A DNA stretch of 64,000 nt from a virus. Lineage: Duplodnaviria > Caudoviricetes. A model generated the notes under the pieces. It was not told the DNA's origin. It saw only the letters and a list, made by a program, of their open reading frames with translations, and ran no database searches. Positions 1 through 10,981 of this stretch are shown here, piece after piece. The stretch's first letter is position 1, and each line of letters starts with the position of its first letter. The DNA is taken from positions 30,298 through 94,297 of IMG/VR virus record IMGVR_UViG_2551306247_000001. One strand, 5' to 3'. The position numbers and the translations under genes are program-made.

Positions 1-1
1 T

Positions 2-493
2 GGTGTTAAAATCACCATTTCAAGTGCTATCAATGGTGCAAGAGATGCCGTGAGTAATGCCATCAATGCTATTAAAAATCTCTTTAACTTCCAAATCAGA
101 TGGCCGCATATTCCCCTTCCTCATTTTCGAGTGTCAGGCTCAGCCAATCCACTCGATTGGTTAAAGGGGGGTATTCCAAGAATCTCCATTGATTGGTATG
201 CCAAAGGTGGAATTTTAACCAAGCCCACTGCATTTGGAATGAATGGCAATAGCCTAATGGTTGGAGGTGAGGCTGGAAAAGAAGCAGTCTTGCCCTTGAA
301 TGAACAAACATTGGGTGCAATTGGTCGAGGAATCGCAAAGACCATGACAAGCAATTTACCAACCATTCACATCACCATTACTGGAAATACGATAAGAGAA
401 GAAACTGACCTTCACCGACTAGCGGAGATGGTTGGAGAAAAACTAGTGTATGAATTAGAACGTCAACAAGGATTGAGAGGAGTGAAACCATGA
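2..493 (+). CDS. Tail tape measure protein, C-terminal part (5' truncated by window)
   Basis: Frame open from base 2; typical TMP C-terminus (IDWYAKGGI...GGEAGKEAVLPL); directly upstream of Dit. Confidence 0.85.
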   Translation, partial: GVKITISSAINGARDAVSNAINAIKNLFNFQIRWPHIPLPHFRVSGSANPLDWLKGGIPRISIDWYAKGGILTKPTAFGMNGNSLMVGGEAGKEAVLPLNEQTLGAIGRGIAKTMTSNLPTIHITITGNTIREETDLHRLAEMVGEKLVYELERQQGLRGVKP

Positions 494-1212
494 TTAAACA
501 TAATGCATTAACCATTGGTGGAGTGTCCACGAGTTCTTTTCCTTTTAAGGTAATCGTGGAAGATAGTCCTTCAATCACAGTAAGTGAAAGTAAGACGCAA
601 TTGATAGAACACCAAGGCCTGTCAGGAGCGGTTCTTCAAACCAATCCTCGCAGAAGTGTCATGGAACTGAGCTACACCCTCTATCTTGTAAAACCTAGTG
701 AAGAACAGTTATTATCCTTTTTGAAGCTATTTTTGAAAGAAGGATTTTGGCTTGAGAACGCTAGTTTCAAGACCATACGCTTTTGGTGTTACAAGGTACA
801 CCATACTCCAGTTCAAAAGGATAAGCTGGGGGTGTATGAGTTTAAGGTTACATTTTCTTGTCACCCAACCAAGTGGTTCAAAACGACGACCTCGCAGGTG
901 TTTAGGACTAGTGGTACTTTTAGAAGTCAAGGTTCAGCCATTGCTTTTCCAAAGATTACCATAAGTGGCAACTCGACTAGTGAAACTAGCTTTACGATTG
1001 GGGATGATGTCATCCGCTTGGAGCGATTACAAGAAACACTCATTATGGATAATAATCCTAGTCAGCCAAGTTTTAAGACACAAAGAGGTCAGCCTGTAAA
1101 ATGGTCTGGCGATTTTATTTCCATTGATGCGGCCAGAAATGACTCGGTTGGAGTTGTCTTAGGTGCTGGCATTACATCATTAACAATAGAAATGAATTGG
1201 GGGTGGGCTTAG
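490..1212 (+). CDS. Distal tail protein (Dit, Sipho_tail-like)
   Basis: 240 aa, ATGA overlap with TMP stop, position between TMP and tail spike. Confidence 0.8.
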   Translation: MIKHNALTIGGVSTSSFPFKVIVEDSPSITVSESKTQLIEHQGLSGAVLQTNPRRSVMELSYTLYLVKPSEEQLLSFLKLFLKEGFWLENASFKTIRFWCYKVHHTPVQKDKLGVYEFKVTFSCHPTKWFKTTTSQVFRTSGTFRSQGSAIAFPKITISGNSTSETSFTIGDDVIRLERLQETLIMDNNPSQPSFKTQRGQPVKWSGDFISIDAARNDSVGVVLGAGITSLTIEMNWGWA

Positions 1213-4200
1213 TGCTATCTTTATTAGACAAAACCGTTCGAACGGCAAAATGGCATGGGAAACCACTCCCAGAGACCATAAAGGCAAGCGTTAAAGAAAC
1301 CTTGAATGGGGATTTTGTCCTAAATTTTACCTATCCAATCACAGACAGCGGACTATTTCGAGAGTTAAAAGAGGACTACCTCGTTCGTAGCCCAGTTCCA
1401 GTATTGGGACACCAGTTGTTTAGGATTAAGAAAGTCATTGAAGGAGACACCAGTCTTGAAGTTGTGGCCTATCACATATCAGATGACGTCATGACTAGGT
1501 TGGTATCTCCATTTAGGTGTGAACAGGTACCTTGTGCAACAGCACTATCAAGCATGGTCATGGCAAGCAAGTCTCCACTTGGAGATTTTTCTTTTACCAG
1601 TGACATTGTCAAGAATAGAACCTATACAACGGACAAGGAACAGACGCTGTACTCCAGCCTGATGGATGGTAAACACTCTATCCTTGGAACTTGGGAGGGA
1701 GAACTGGTTCGAGATAACCTTGCCTTATCAATTAAGAGTGAGCGAGGACAGGACCGTGGAGTTGTTATCTCTACTCACTACAATTTGAAAAAGTATCAGC
1801 GAACGAAAGAAAGTTCACAGATTATCACTCGTATCCATGCCACTTCAAGCTTTAAACAAGAGGGTCAGGATAGGGAAGCTGTCCTTCAAGTAACTGTAGA
1901 CAGTCCGTTGATAAACTCTTATCCTTTCATCAATGAAGTGACCTATACAAATAATAGTGTCAGAACTCGTCAAGAGTTAATAGAGTGGGCTAGTAGCAAG
2001 TTTCGCTTAGAGGGTATTGATAAGCCCAAAGATGCCATCATCATTGAGGCATTTGAATTAGATGGTCAAACAGTTCATCTAGGCGATACAGTGACTTTAA
2101 AAAGCAAGCTACACGGCATTGATGTGAGGAAGAAAGCCCTTGCTTATGATTATGATCCTCTAGCTAAGAATTACCGCTCTATCACGTTTGATGATAAGGC
2201 AAGTATCGGTACAGGTAAAACTGGCGGAAGCTTGACTACCCTAGCAAATAATCTCCTTGAAGGGAATAAGCGGAGTGAGGATGTTGCCGTTGAAATTGCC
2301 ATTGAGAATGCCAACAGAGCCTTTGATGCAGAATTTGAGAAACGTCAAGTAGCCATTGATAATGCAATCCTTCAGGCTCAAAGTCATGGGGAGGTCTATG
2401 CGGATCGATTAAAGGCTAGCATTGATAGTGAGCTTTCTTCTATTCACCAACAGATGCTGCAACAAGAAGAGGAACAGCAACGCACAACTCGTGATTTATT
2501 GGCAAAGGCTGGGGTAAATACCAACCTAGCCACAGAAGCCAAACAAAAGGCAGTACAGGCTCAAACTGGGGCAACTGAAGCTCTCAGAAGGGCAGAACAA
2601 GCCAAGCTCGATGCGATTCAAGAAGCTAACCGCTTGACTTCGACGGAGCGTAGTCAAACAGAGTTAAAAATTGCGACAGCAAAATCACAAGCTATCTCTG
2701 AGGCGAGTCGATTGGTTGATGTAGCAAAATCACTGATAGGTGGACAGTTGGCAACTGTCACTACCAATCTCACACAAACCAAGGAGGATATAAAACTACT
2801 TGCGAGTAAGCAACTGGTGGATGGTCTGACTGGTCGAGTAATTAGTGCAGAATCCATGATTCAAACGCAAGCAGACCAAATTTCCCAGCGTGTTAAGACT
2901 AGCGATTTTAACCAAGCAAAACAGAGAATCGAAACTGCAGAGTCAACGATTACGCAATTGGGGAATCGGATAACAACTGAGATTCGAGAGACCGTAGCTA
3001 AGATTCCAGTTGATTTTGGTGGTCGAAATTACATACTAAAAAGTGATACTTATATTACATCCGGGAGTAAGTTTCTAGATAGTGCTTCGGACTTTATCGA
3101 CTATGCTCAGGCAGGAAAGTTTGTGACGATCAGCGTTGATATCAAGGGGGAAAATCTGTCGCCTGATGAAAGAGGACAGTCTAGGATAGGATGCGAGCTA
3201 CGCTTGACTTTATCCAATGGCAATCCTCTCTATCTAAACTGCTATAAAGTTGTTTCAGCAACCCAACCTCGCGAGCGAATATACCGAACGGTTCGTATTC
3301 CTGATGGTGTATCGGTTGTTAGTGTAGCAAAGCTCAATCTTTTTGTGCAAGTCAGAGGAAATGCCTTAGCTGGAAGACCAAAGTTTGAACTTTCTTCTAT
3401 GCCTACTGACTGGTCACCTGCTCCTGAAGACTTAATCACAGATCTCAGTCAAACCAGAACACTAATTACTCAGACAGCTGAGGGCCAAACTCAGCTGTCT
3501 ACAAAGCTTACTCATACTGAGAATAAAATGATGAATGCTGAAACCCAAATCAGGCAATTGTTGGGTGATGTGGCTAGTAAAGTATCTAAAATGGACTATG
3601 ACAATCTCAAGAGTACAGTTGAGAATCATACGACAAGTATTAATCAAACGACCCAGTCCATTTTACTTAAAGCTGACAAGACCTTTGTGGACGGTGTGAA
3701 ATCTACGGCAGAAGCAGCCCTTTCAAAAGCAACTAGCAATGCGACAATGATTAGTCAGACCAAGTCTGAGCTAACTATTGCCAATGATGCCATCTCACAG
3801 AAAGTCGCAAAGACGGATTTTAATAATTTGAGCGGTCGAGTAGCAAGTGCGGAAACCACTATCCGAACACAGGCTGGGCAAATCGAACAACGACTGACGA
3901 GTACGCAAGTTGAATCTGCAATTAACTCAAAAGGCTACCAAACCAAGTCACAGGTCGATTCAAATATTATGGGTCGTGGCTATCTAACCAGCAGTTCTCT
4001 CCAGCCCTATGCGACGACAACTAGTGTGCAGAATTTGGTTAGAACCACCTATGATAGTTTTACCCAGCGAATCAGTCAAACGGAAAGCAGAATCCCTACC
4101 TCAGTTTCGCATCGCAACTTAATAGCTGGTACTTCAGACAGATGGAGTGCTTATCAGACGATAAATACCAATAGTAACTGGATAGCCTCTTTAGGAAGAG

Positions 4201-5693
4201 TGCAATTTGGGGATAGTAGTGGAATTTATGTTGGATCAAAAGTTCATTTATATGTTCATGTCTCAGCGGATGAGATTACCTTTGACCCCGCTGTAACGTC
4301 TCGTACTATGAAACTTCAAGGTCCAATCTTGGATAGTCAAAATGCCTGGACATGGACCAACTGGAATTTGTATCACCCTTTCTATAATAAATGGAGTAGC
4401 AATCTGACAACGGGTAACAACTATCGCTTGATAAAACTGACCGCCACCGTCACTCAAGAGATGTACCAACACTCTAAAGGATTTGAACTTCAAGTCAGAG
4501 TTGATGGGGTTAAAACTGGTAAGTTCCATGTGAGAGCCTTAATGGTATCAACTGGTGATATTTTTCCAGACTACTGGACACCGTCATTAGACGACTTTAC
4601 GACGGTAACCGCCTTTCATGAAGTGCGGGATACTGTAAGTAGTCATACTCGAACAATTGGAGATCACACCAATCAAATCAGTCAGGTTGTCCAAACGGCT
4701 AATGGGATTGTGACACGAGTGGGCAATCTAGAAACAAGTCGAGCGACAACGGCGGCAGTTAATGCCATTCAAACTCAGGTTTCAACACTTGCAGGGGCGT
4801 GGTCGGTTCGAAATCTGACCAGTGCAGGAACAGTCCTGAGTCAGCTCAATCTCAATAAGGATGGCACAGTCAAGATTGATGGAAAACTCGTCCAAATTAC
4901 AGGCACAACCTATATCCAAGATGGAGTAATTGCGAGCGGTAAGATTGCCAGTCTTGATGCAGGAAAGATTACGACAGGTATTATCTCTGCAGCTCGAATT
5001 GGAGCAGAAGCAATCACTGCGGATAAGTTAAAGGTTGACCAAGCTTTCTTTACCAAGTTTATGGCAACAGAAGCCTATCTTAAGCAGTTATTTGCCAAAT
5101 CAGCCTTTATAACCCAAGTGCAGTCAGTAACACTATCTGCCAACAACATTTCTGGTGGTATCTTGTCAGCAATCAACGGAGCCATGAAAATCAATCTGTC
5201 ACTTGGAAACATCAAGTTCTTTACAAACTCTCCATCCATTTCTCGTGAGGTTAGTGGTTATCCTCACCAGTGGGTTTCATTTGAAACAGGTACCTCAAAC
5301 GGCAAGCCATGTGGTGTAACCATTATCGGTTCCAATCGATGGAACAACTGGAATGCCAATGACGGTGGCTTTGTAGGGATTAGAGCATGGAACGGTACTG
5401 ATACTGACCAAATTGATGTGGTAGGTGATAAAGTACGTTTAGCTAGTGCTCCATATACCAATCCAGATGGGTGGGAGATTGTAACGTTGCCTAACCGACT
5501 GAGTATTGATGCTTTTAAAGCATCTGACCGACCAAGTTCTATTTTGAATATCGGAGATATCCGCATCTATCGAAATGGGACAACCTATGTCAGCTTGAAA
5601 GACGTACTTCATCAATTCAATCACAATTTTAAACACTTAGTAAACATCACAGGTCGAGGTGACGTCATCTTGACATGGGATACGATTAAATAA
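1212..5693 (+). CDS. Tail spike / host-specificity minor structural protein (Tal-like N-terminus, coiled-coil repeats, two variable inserts)
   Basis: About 1490 aa; probable GTG start overlapping the Dit stop; N-terminal prophage-tail region (ETLNGDF..F.YP); C-terminal LDAGKITTG..SAARIGAEAITADKL repeats. Confidence 0.85.
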   Translation: MLSLLDKTVRTAKWHGKPLPETIKASVKETLNGDFVLNFTYPITDSGLFRELKEDYLVRSPVPVLGHQLFRIKKVIEGDTSLEVVAYHISDDVMTRLVSPFRCEQVPCATALSSMVMASKSPLGDFSFTSDIVKNRTYTTDKEQTLYSSLMDGKHSILGTWEGELVRDNLALSIKSERGQDRGVVISTHYNLKKYQRTKESSQIITRIHATSSFKQEGQDREAVLQVTVDSPLINSYPFINEVTYTNNSVRTRQELIEWASSKFRLEGIDKPKDAIIIEAFELDGQTVHLGDTVTLKSKLHGIDVRKKALAYDYDPLAKNYRSITFDDKASIGTGKTGGSLTTLANNLLEGNKRSEDVAVEIAIENANRAFDAEFEKRQVAIDNAILQAQSHGEVYADRLKASIDSELSSIHQQMLQQEEEQQRTTRDLLAKAGVNTNLATEAKQKAVQAQTGATEALRRAEQAKLDAIQEANRLTSTERSQTELKIATAKSQAISEASRLVDVAKSLIGGQLATVTTNLTQTKEDIKLLASKQLVDGLTGRVISAESMIQTQADQISQRVKTSDFNQAKQRIETAESTITQLGNRITTEIRETVAKIPVDFGGRNYILKSDTYITSGSKFLDSASDFIDYAQAGKFVTISVDIKGENLSPDERGQSRIGCELRLTLSNGNPLYLNCYKVVSATQPRERIYRTVRIPDGVSVVSVAKLNLFVQVRGNALAGRPKFELSSMPTDWSPAPEDLITDLSQTRTLITQTAEGQTQLSTKLTHTENKMMNAETQIRQLLGDVASKVSKMDYDNLKSTVENHTTSINQTTQSILLKADKTFVDGVKSTAEAALSKATSNATMISQTKSELTIANDAISQKVAKTDFNNLSGRVASAETTIRTQAGQIEQRLTSTQVESAINSKGYQTKSQVDSNIMGRGYLTSSSLQPYATTTSVQNLVRTTYDSFTQRISQTESRIPTSVSHRNLIAGTSDRWSAYQTINTNSNWIASLGRVQFGDSSGIYVGSKVHLYVHVSADEITFDPAVTSRTMKLQGPILDSQNAWTWTNWNLYHPFYNKWSSNLTTGNNYRLIKLTATVTQEMYQHSKGFELQVRVDGVKTGKFHVRALMVSTGDIFPDYWTPSLDDFTTVTAFHEVRDTVSSHTRTIGDHTNQISQVVQTANGIVTRVGNLETSRATTAAVNAIQTQVSTLAGAWSVRNLTSAGTVLSQLNLNKDGTVKIDGKLVQITGTTYIQDGVIASGKIASLDAGKITTGIISAARIGAEAITADKLKVDQAFFTKFMATEAYLKQLFAKSAFITQVQSVTLSANNISGGILSAINGAMKINLSLGNIKFFTNSPSISREVSGYPHQWVSFETGTSNGKPCGVTIIGSNRWNNWNANDGGFVGIRAWNGTDTDQIDVVGDKVRLASAPYTNPDGWEIVTLPNRLSIDAFKASDRPSSILNIGDIRIYRNGTTYVSLKDVLHQFNHNFKHLVNITGRGDVILTWDTIK

Positions 5694-5705
5694 AGGAGTT
5701 CACAG

Positions 5706-5912
5706 ATGAATCTAGAACAAATCAACCAATCATTAAAATTAACCATCCAGGAGCTTGTCTCCAAGCTATCTGATGAGATTACCGCTAAGAACCTCATTGC
5801 CATCCAATTGGTGGAAAGGGATGAGGAACTTAGCCTATTGCGTAAAGAAAAACAGGAATTGACTGAGCTATTAGAAGTTCAGACAAAACCTGAAGAAAGG
5901 AAAGGAGAATAG
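5706..5912 (+). CDS. Small coiled-coil phage protein
   Basis: 68 aa, RBS AAAGGAG, follows the tail spike. Confidence 0.7.
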   Translation: MNLEQINQSLKLTIQELVSKLSDEITAKNLIAIQLVERDEELSLLRKEKQELTELLEVQTKPEERKGE

Positions 5913-5917
5913 TTATC

Positions 5918-6286
5918 ATGGCACTTCTCAATATTGACAAAGTAACAGAACCATTTGATTTGGAGACAGCTCTCGCTTACATGCGTAAGAATGGAGAGTT
6001 CATTCGTTGTAAGACAGCAGAGCAGGATTTTTACATGTATCTTGAAGAAGTAAGGCGACCTGCCATTAAAAATGGAAGGCGGCAGTTGGTTACAACAGAA
6101 ACAGTTTGGGCGTTTAATCAGTGGGGTAGTACCACATTAACTCTGAATCTTTCTGATTTATTTCATGAATGTTTTTATCTGATGCGGTTTGATGAGAACG
6201 GTCAACCGGATTGGTCAGACCCTACCATTGTGCAGGAAGGCCCAGTAGAAAGTGAGGTGACCGATGAAGGAACTGTTAACTCTTAA
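5918..6286 (+). CDS. Hypothetical phage protein
   Basis: 122 aa, RBS AAAGGAG, overlaps the holin start. Confidence 0.7.
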   Translation: MALLNIDKVTEPFDLETALAYMRKNGEFIRCKTAEQDFYMYLEEVRRPAIKNGRRQLVTTETVWAFNQWGSTTLTLNLSDLFHECFYLMRFDENGQPDWSDPTIVQEGPVESEVTDEGTVNS

Positions 6287-6659
6287 TAAGATTTTATTTT
6301 CCATGATTGGAGGCTTGATTGGTAGTCTATTTGGAGAGTTGGATGGTATCTTATATGCCCTACTTGTCTTCATTATTATTGACTATCTAACAGGAATTTT
6401 TGCGGCAGTTGTAGAGAAACAATTGTCAAGTAGTATCGGTTTTCGTGGCATCTTTAAAAAGATAGCCATTTTATTTTTAGTTTCACTAGGTCATCTGATT
6501 GATACTGCAATCATCAAGCAGGGTGGAACAATTCGAACCATGGTCATTTTCTTTTATCTCAGTAATGAGGGGTTAAGTATTCTAGAAAATACCGTTCGAA
6601 TTGGTTTACCAATACCTGAGAAACTACAAGCAATCTTAAAACAAATCAACGAGAGGTGA
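6264..6659 (+). CDS. Holin (phage_holin_4_1-like)
   Basis: Hydrophobic helices, DYLTG and NEGLSILEN motifs, immediately upstream of the lysin. Confidence 0.9.
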   Translation: MKELLTLNKILFSMIGGLIGSLFGELDGILYALLVFIIIDYLTGIFAAVVEKQLSSSIGFRGIFKKIAILFLVSLGHLIDTAIIKQGGTIRTMVIFFYLSNEGLSILENTVRIGLPIPEKLQAILKQINER

Positions 6660-6665
6660 GAAGAT

Positions 6666-8135
6666 ATGGGAAAACATCTAGTCATTTGTGGTCATGGCCA
6701 AGGGCGAACAAGCTATGATCCTGGAGCAGTGAATGCCAAACTAGGTATCACAGAAGCAGGAAAGGTTCGAGAATTAGCCAAGTTAATGTCTAAGTACAGT
6801 GGACAGCGAATTGATTTTATTACCGAACAAAATGTTTATGATTATCGGAGTATTACTAGTATTGGTAAGGGATACGACTCGATTACTGAATTGCACTTCA
6901 ATGCCTTTAATGGAAGTGCTAAAGGTACAGAAGTCTTGATTCAATCTTCCTTAGAAGCAGATAAGGAAGATATGGCTATCCTGTCTCTCCTTTCACACTA
7001 TTTCCAAAATCGTGGCATTAAGAAGGTAGATTGGTTATATAATGCCAATCAAGCAGCAAGTCGTGGATACACCTATCGTTTGGTGGAGATTGCTTTCATC
7101 GATAATGAACAAGATATGGCGATTTTTGAGAACAAGAAAGAGGATATTGCGAGAGGTCTTGTGTCAGCAATAACAGGAGTTGAGGTCAAGACCATAGTTC
7201 CCTCGACACCCAGTTCAACCGTTGGGAGTTCAGGAACTCCTTCAAAACCAGTCTATCTTGTTGGTGATAGTCTTAGGGTGTTGCCTCATGCGACTCATTA
7301 TCAGACTGGTCAGAAAATCGCCAACTGGGTCAAGGGGCGCACCTACAAAATCCTTCAAGTGAAGAATATTCACCAGTCCAACAGTAAGAGAGCTTATCTA
7401 CTTGATGGAATCAAGTCATGGGTGCTTGAGCAGGATGTAGAAGGAACAACTAAAGGCCATAGTGAGCAGACCTATCAAGCACAGAAAGGCGATACGTATT
7501 ATGGAATCGCTCGGAAGTTTGGTTTAACAGTAGATGCCCTACTTGCGGTGAATGGTTTGAAGAAGTCGGATATCCTGAAAGTTGGGCAAACACTCAAGGT
7601 TAACACAGCTTCAAGGACAACAACCGCTATTCCAACCAGTGTTGCAAGCCGTGTGGTTGCGTCAGCATTATCCAAGGTCGGTCAAAAGGTGACTGTTCCA
7701 TCTAACCCTTATGGTGGACAATGTGTTGCCTTGGTGGATAAGATTGTTCAAGAGCTTACGGACAAGAATATGTCTTATACTAATGCCATTGATTGTTTGA
7801 AGAAAGCAAAATCAAATGGTTTCCAAGTAATCTACGATGCTTGGGGTGTGAATCCTAAAGCAGGTGATTTTTATGTCATTGAGACAGATGGTTTGGTCTA
7901 TGGGCATATTGGTGTCTGTGTGACAGATTCTGACGGAAAAAGTATTGATGGTGTGGAACAGAATATTGATGGATATTCTGACTATAATAAGAACGGTATC
8001 AATGACCAATTAGAAATTGGTGGCGGTGGAATTACTCGTCGTGTGAAACGGCAATGGATGGCGGATGGCTCACTCTACGATTCTACTGGAACAGTTAAAC
8101 TCGGTAAAGTTGTAGGTTGGTTTAGAATATCATAA
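6666..8135 (+). CDS. Endolysin, Amidase_3 + LysM + CHAP (PlySK1249-like architecture)
   Basis: CGHG/ELHFNA/LVEIAF amidase motifs; LysM (YQAQKGDTYYGIARKFG); CHAP GQCV...YGHIG. Confidence 0.92.
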   Translation: MGKHLVICGHGQGRTSYDPGAVNAKLGITEAGKVRELAKLMSKYSGQRIDFITEQNVYDYRSITSIGKGYDSITELHFNAFNGSAKGTEVLIQSSLEADKEDMAILSLLSHYFQNRGIKKVDWLYNANQAASRGYTYRLVEIAFIDNEQDMAIFENKKEDIARGLVSAITGVEVKTIVPSTPSSTVGSSGTPSKPVYLVGDSLRVLPHATHYQTGQKIANWVKGRTYKILQVKNIHQSNSKRAYLLDGIKSWVLEQDVEGTTKGHSEQTYQAQKGDTYYGIARKFGLTVDALLAVNGLKKSDILKVGQTLKVNTASRTTTAIPTSVASRVVASALSKVGQKVTVPSNPYGGQCVALVDKIVQELTDKNMSYTNAIDCLKKAKSNGFQVIYDAWGVNPKAGDFYVIETDGLVYGHIGVCVTDSDGKSIDGVEQNIDGYSDYNKNGINDQLEIGGGGITRRVKRQWMADGSLYDSTGTVKLGKVVGWFRIS

Positions 8136-8144
8136 TTAAGTCTT

Positions 8145-8188
8145 AAGCCTGGTGGGAACATCAGGCTTTATTTTTTTGCTTTTTTTTT
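8145..8188 (+). terminator. Intrinsic terminator after the lysin
   Basis: AAGCCTGGTG-GGAA-CATCAGGCTT followed by T tracts. Confidence 0.8.
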
Positions 8189-8358
8189 CAATAAGTGCGG
8201 AAAAATTACTCCCAAACCTACCTAGTAAGGTAGGAGGAATATTTGTATTCCATGAACTTTGGCATAAATTTATCAGGTCGAATTAGTTTGTCTGATAACT
8301 TGACTTATTTTCCCTTTAGAGTGATATATAGTGTGCCATTACATAGGAAGGAGAGTAA

Positions 8359-9600
8359 ATGTCCGTAAAAAAGATTAGAGTCAATAAACAAAAACACAAG
8401 CAGAGGATCTGTGCCTACATTCGAGTTTCGACGACTAATGGAAGTCAGTTAGAATCGTTAGAAAATCAGAAACATTATTTTGAAAACCTGTATTCCAATA
8501 GAGACGATATTGATTTTGTAGGTGTTTATCATGACAGAGGTATATCTGGTTCTAAGGATAATCGTCCAAATTTTCAAGCCATGATTGAAAATTGTCGTAA
8601 AGGTATGATTGATATTATTCATACCAAGTCAATTGCTCGATTTGCTAGAAACACGGTTACAGTTCTTGAAATTAGTCGTGAACTGAAGGCAATAGGAGTA
8701 GACATTTTCTTTGAGGAACAAAACATTCATACCCTTTCTAGTGAAGGGGAAGTGATGCTTTCAGTATTAGCTAGTATTGCTGAGGACGAGTTGAGGAGTA
8801 TGAGTGGCAATCAACGTTGGGCATTTCAAAAGAAGTTTCAACGAGGAGAGCTAGTCATTAACACCAAGCGATTCTTAGGATATGATATAGACGAGAATGG
8901 TGAGTTGATTATCAATCCAGAAGAAGCTTTGATAGTCAGAAAAATATTTGCACTTTACCTTGAAGGGTATGGTACTCATCGTATTGCCAAACTGTTAAAT
9001 GAAAAGGGAGTTGCGACGGTTACAGGTGCTAAATGGCATGACACCACAATCCGTCAAATGTTAAGCAATGAAAAATACAACGGTTCGGTCTTATTGCAGA
9101 AGTATTTTCACGATGGTGTGAATGGTCCTAAAAAATTGAATCAGGGTGAACTCGAACAATACTTTATTGAGGATAATCATGAAGCTATTATTTCTATGGA
9201 AGATTGACAAGCAGTCCAGGACAAACTAATCAGTAGAAGATGGCAACAAGGTAGAAACAAAAACTATAAATTTACGGGGTTATTAAAGTGTCAGCATTGT
9301 GGTTCGACTTTAAAGAGACAAGTTTCTTACAAGAAAAAAATTGTTTGGTGCTGTTCCAAATACATAAAAGAGGGAAAAGCAACTTGTCAGGGTATGCGAG
9401 TGCCAGAAGTAGATATTTCAAATTGGGAGATAACCTCAACTGTTACAGTAATAGAAAGGGATAGAAATGGGGAAAAGTATTACAGTTATTCCGGCCAAGA
9501 AAGTGCAGACCAGCGTTCAACATCAGGTCAGAAAGAAAGTCAATGTAGCCGCATATTGCCGAGTGTCCACCGACCAAGACGAACAGCTATCAAGTTATGA
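8359..9600 (+). pseudogene. Large serine recombinase 1 with an in-frame TGA at 9205-9207
   Basis: AYIRVST catalytic motif; the same frame continues past TGA as QAVQ..FTGLLKCQHCGS..WCC (zinc ribbon) to 9600. Confidence 0.88.
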
Positions 9601-10855
9601 AAACCAAGTTAATTATTACCGAGATTATATCTCCAAACACGAGGACTATGAGTTAGTTGACATCTATGCGGATGAGGGCATCTCAGCAACTAATACCAAA
9701 AAACGTGATGCATTTAACCGCTTGATACAAGATTGTAGGGCTGGTAAGGTGGATAGGATTTTGGTCAAGTCAATCAGTCGATTTGCCAGAAACACCCTTG
9801 ACTGCATTAAGTACGTCCGAGAGTTGAAAGAACTTGGTGTTGGTGTGACTTTTGAGAAAGAGAATATTGACAGCCTAGATTCTAAAGGTGAGGTTCTTCT
9901 TACAATCCTTTCTTCCCTAGCACAGGATGAGTCACGCTCTATCTCAGAGAATGCGACGTGGGGAATTCGTAAGAAGTTTGAACGTGGTGAGGTTCGTGTT
10001 AATACCACAAAATTCATGGGTTATGACAAGGATGATAATGGTAGCCTTATCATAAACCCAGGGCAAGCAGAAATAGTAAAATTCATTTACGAGAAATTCT
10101 TAGAAGGCTATAGTCCTGAGTCCATAGCTAAATATTTGAATGACAACGAAATACCCGGTTGGACTGGAAAGGCTAACTGGTATCCAAGTGCTATACAGAA
10201 AATGCTTCAAAATGAAAAGTACAAGGGTGATGCCTTATTACAAAAGACTTTTACCGCTGATTTTCTGACTAAGAAACGAGTTCAAAATGACGGTCAGGTT
10301 AACCAATACTATGTAGAAAATAGTCATGAAGCTATTATTGACAAAGACACTTGGGAATTAGTACAGTTGGAATTGGACAGGAGGACAGCCTTTCGTGAAG
10401 AACATCAACTGAAAGCTTACATCATGTAGAGTGAGGACAACCCATTCACCACAAAAGTGTTCTGTGCAGAATGTGGTTCAGCCTTTGGACGAAAGAACTG
10501 GACAACCAGTCGAGGTAAACGTAAGGTGTGGCAATGTAACAACCGCTATCGCATTAAGGGGGTGGAAGGGTGTAATAGTAGACATTTGGATGAGGCGACA
10601 CTCGAGCAGATTTTCATAAAGGCATTAGAGTTACTAAGCGAGAACATTGATTTGCTAGATGGCAAGTGGGAGAAAATCTTGGCAGAGAATCGACTGCTTG
10701 ATACACACTACAGTATGGCATTGAGTGACCTGCTTAGGCAGGAACAGATAGACTTCAATTCCTCTGACATGTGCCGAGTACTAGACCATATCAGGATAGG
10801 GCTTGAAGGAGAGATAACCGTTCGCTTCCTGGAAGGCACTGAGATAGATTTATAA
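9467..10855 (+). pseudogene. Large serine recombinase 2 with an in-frame TAG at 10427-10429
   Basis: AYCRVST motif; the same frame continues as SEDNPFTTKVFCAECG..WQC to 10855. Confidence 0.88.
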
Positions 10856-10865
10856 AGTAGACGAT

Positions 10866-10910
10866 AGGCTGTAACGACAGTGGGAAACCAGTGTGGTTAC
10901 AGCCTTTTTT
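10866..10910 (+). terminator. Intrinsic terminator after the recombinases
   Basis: AGGCTGTAAC...GTTACAGCCT followed by a T run. Confidence 0.8.
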
Positions 10911-10919
10911 GCGTTTTTG

Positions 10920-10928
10920 TGGTATAAT
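10920..10928 (+). promoter_or_regulatory. Extended -10 promoter for the cargo operon
   Basis: TG-G-TATAAT directly downstream of the terminator. Confidence 0.65.
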
Positions 10929-10981
10929 TGAGGGTGAAAATGTTAATTGTATCAAACTGGTCAATGAGAAAAGGAAGATAT

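Noticed and set aside
1212-5693. Diversity-generating retroelement or shufflon acting on the tail gene
   Set aside because: No reverse transcriptase, no near-identical TR/VR pair and no inverted cassettes seen; the repeats are diverged protein-level repeats
8225-8368. Possible ORF of about 40 aa after AGGAGG upstream of recombinase 1
   Set aside because: TTG start, no recognisable motif, overlaps a likely promoter region; may be a remnant but cannot be supported
9205-10429. Stop-codon reassignment in the phage
   Set aside because: Two different stops are involved, and TGA (491-493) and TAG (1210-1212) end other phage genes normally
9394-10855. ORFs 9394-9600 and 10457-10855 as separate genes
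   Set aside because: They are in-frame C-terminal parts of the two recombinases
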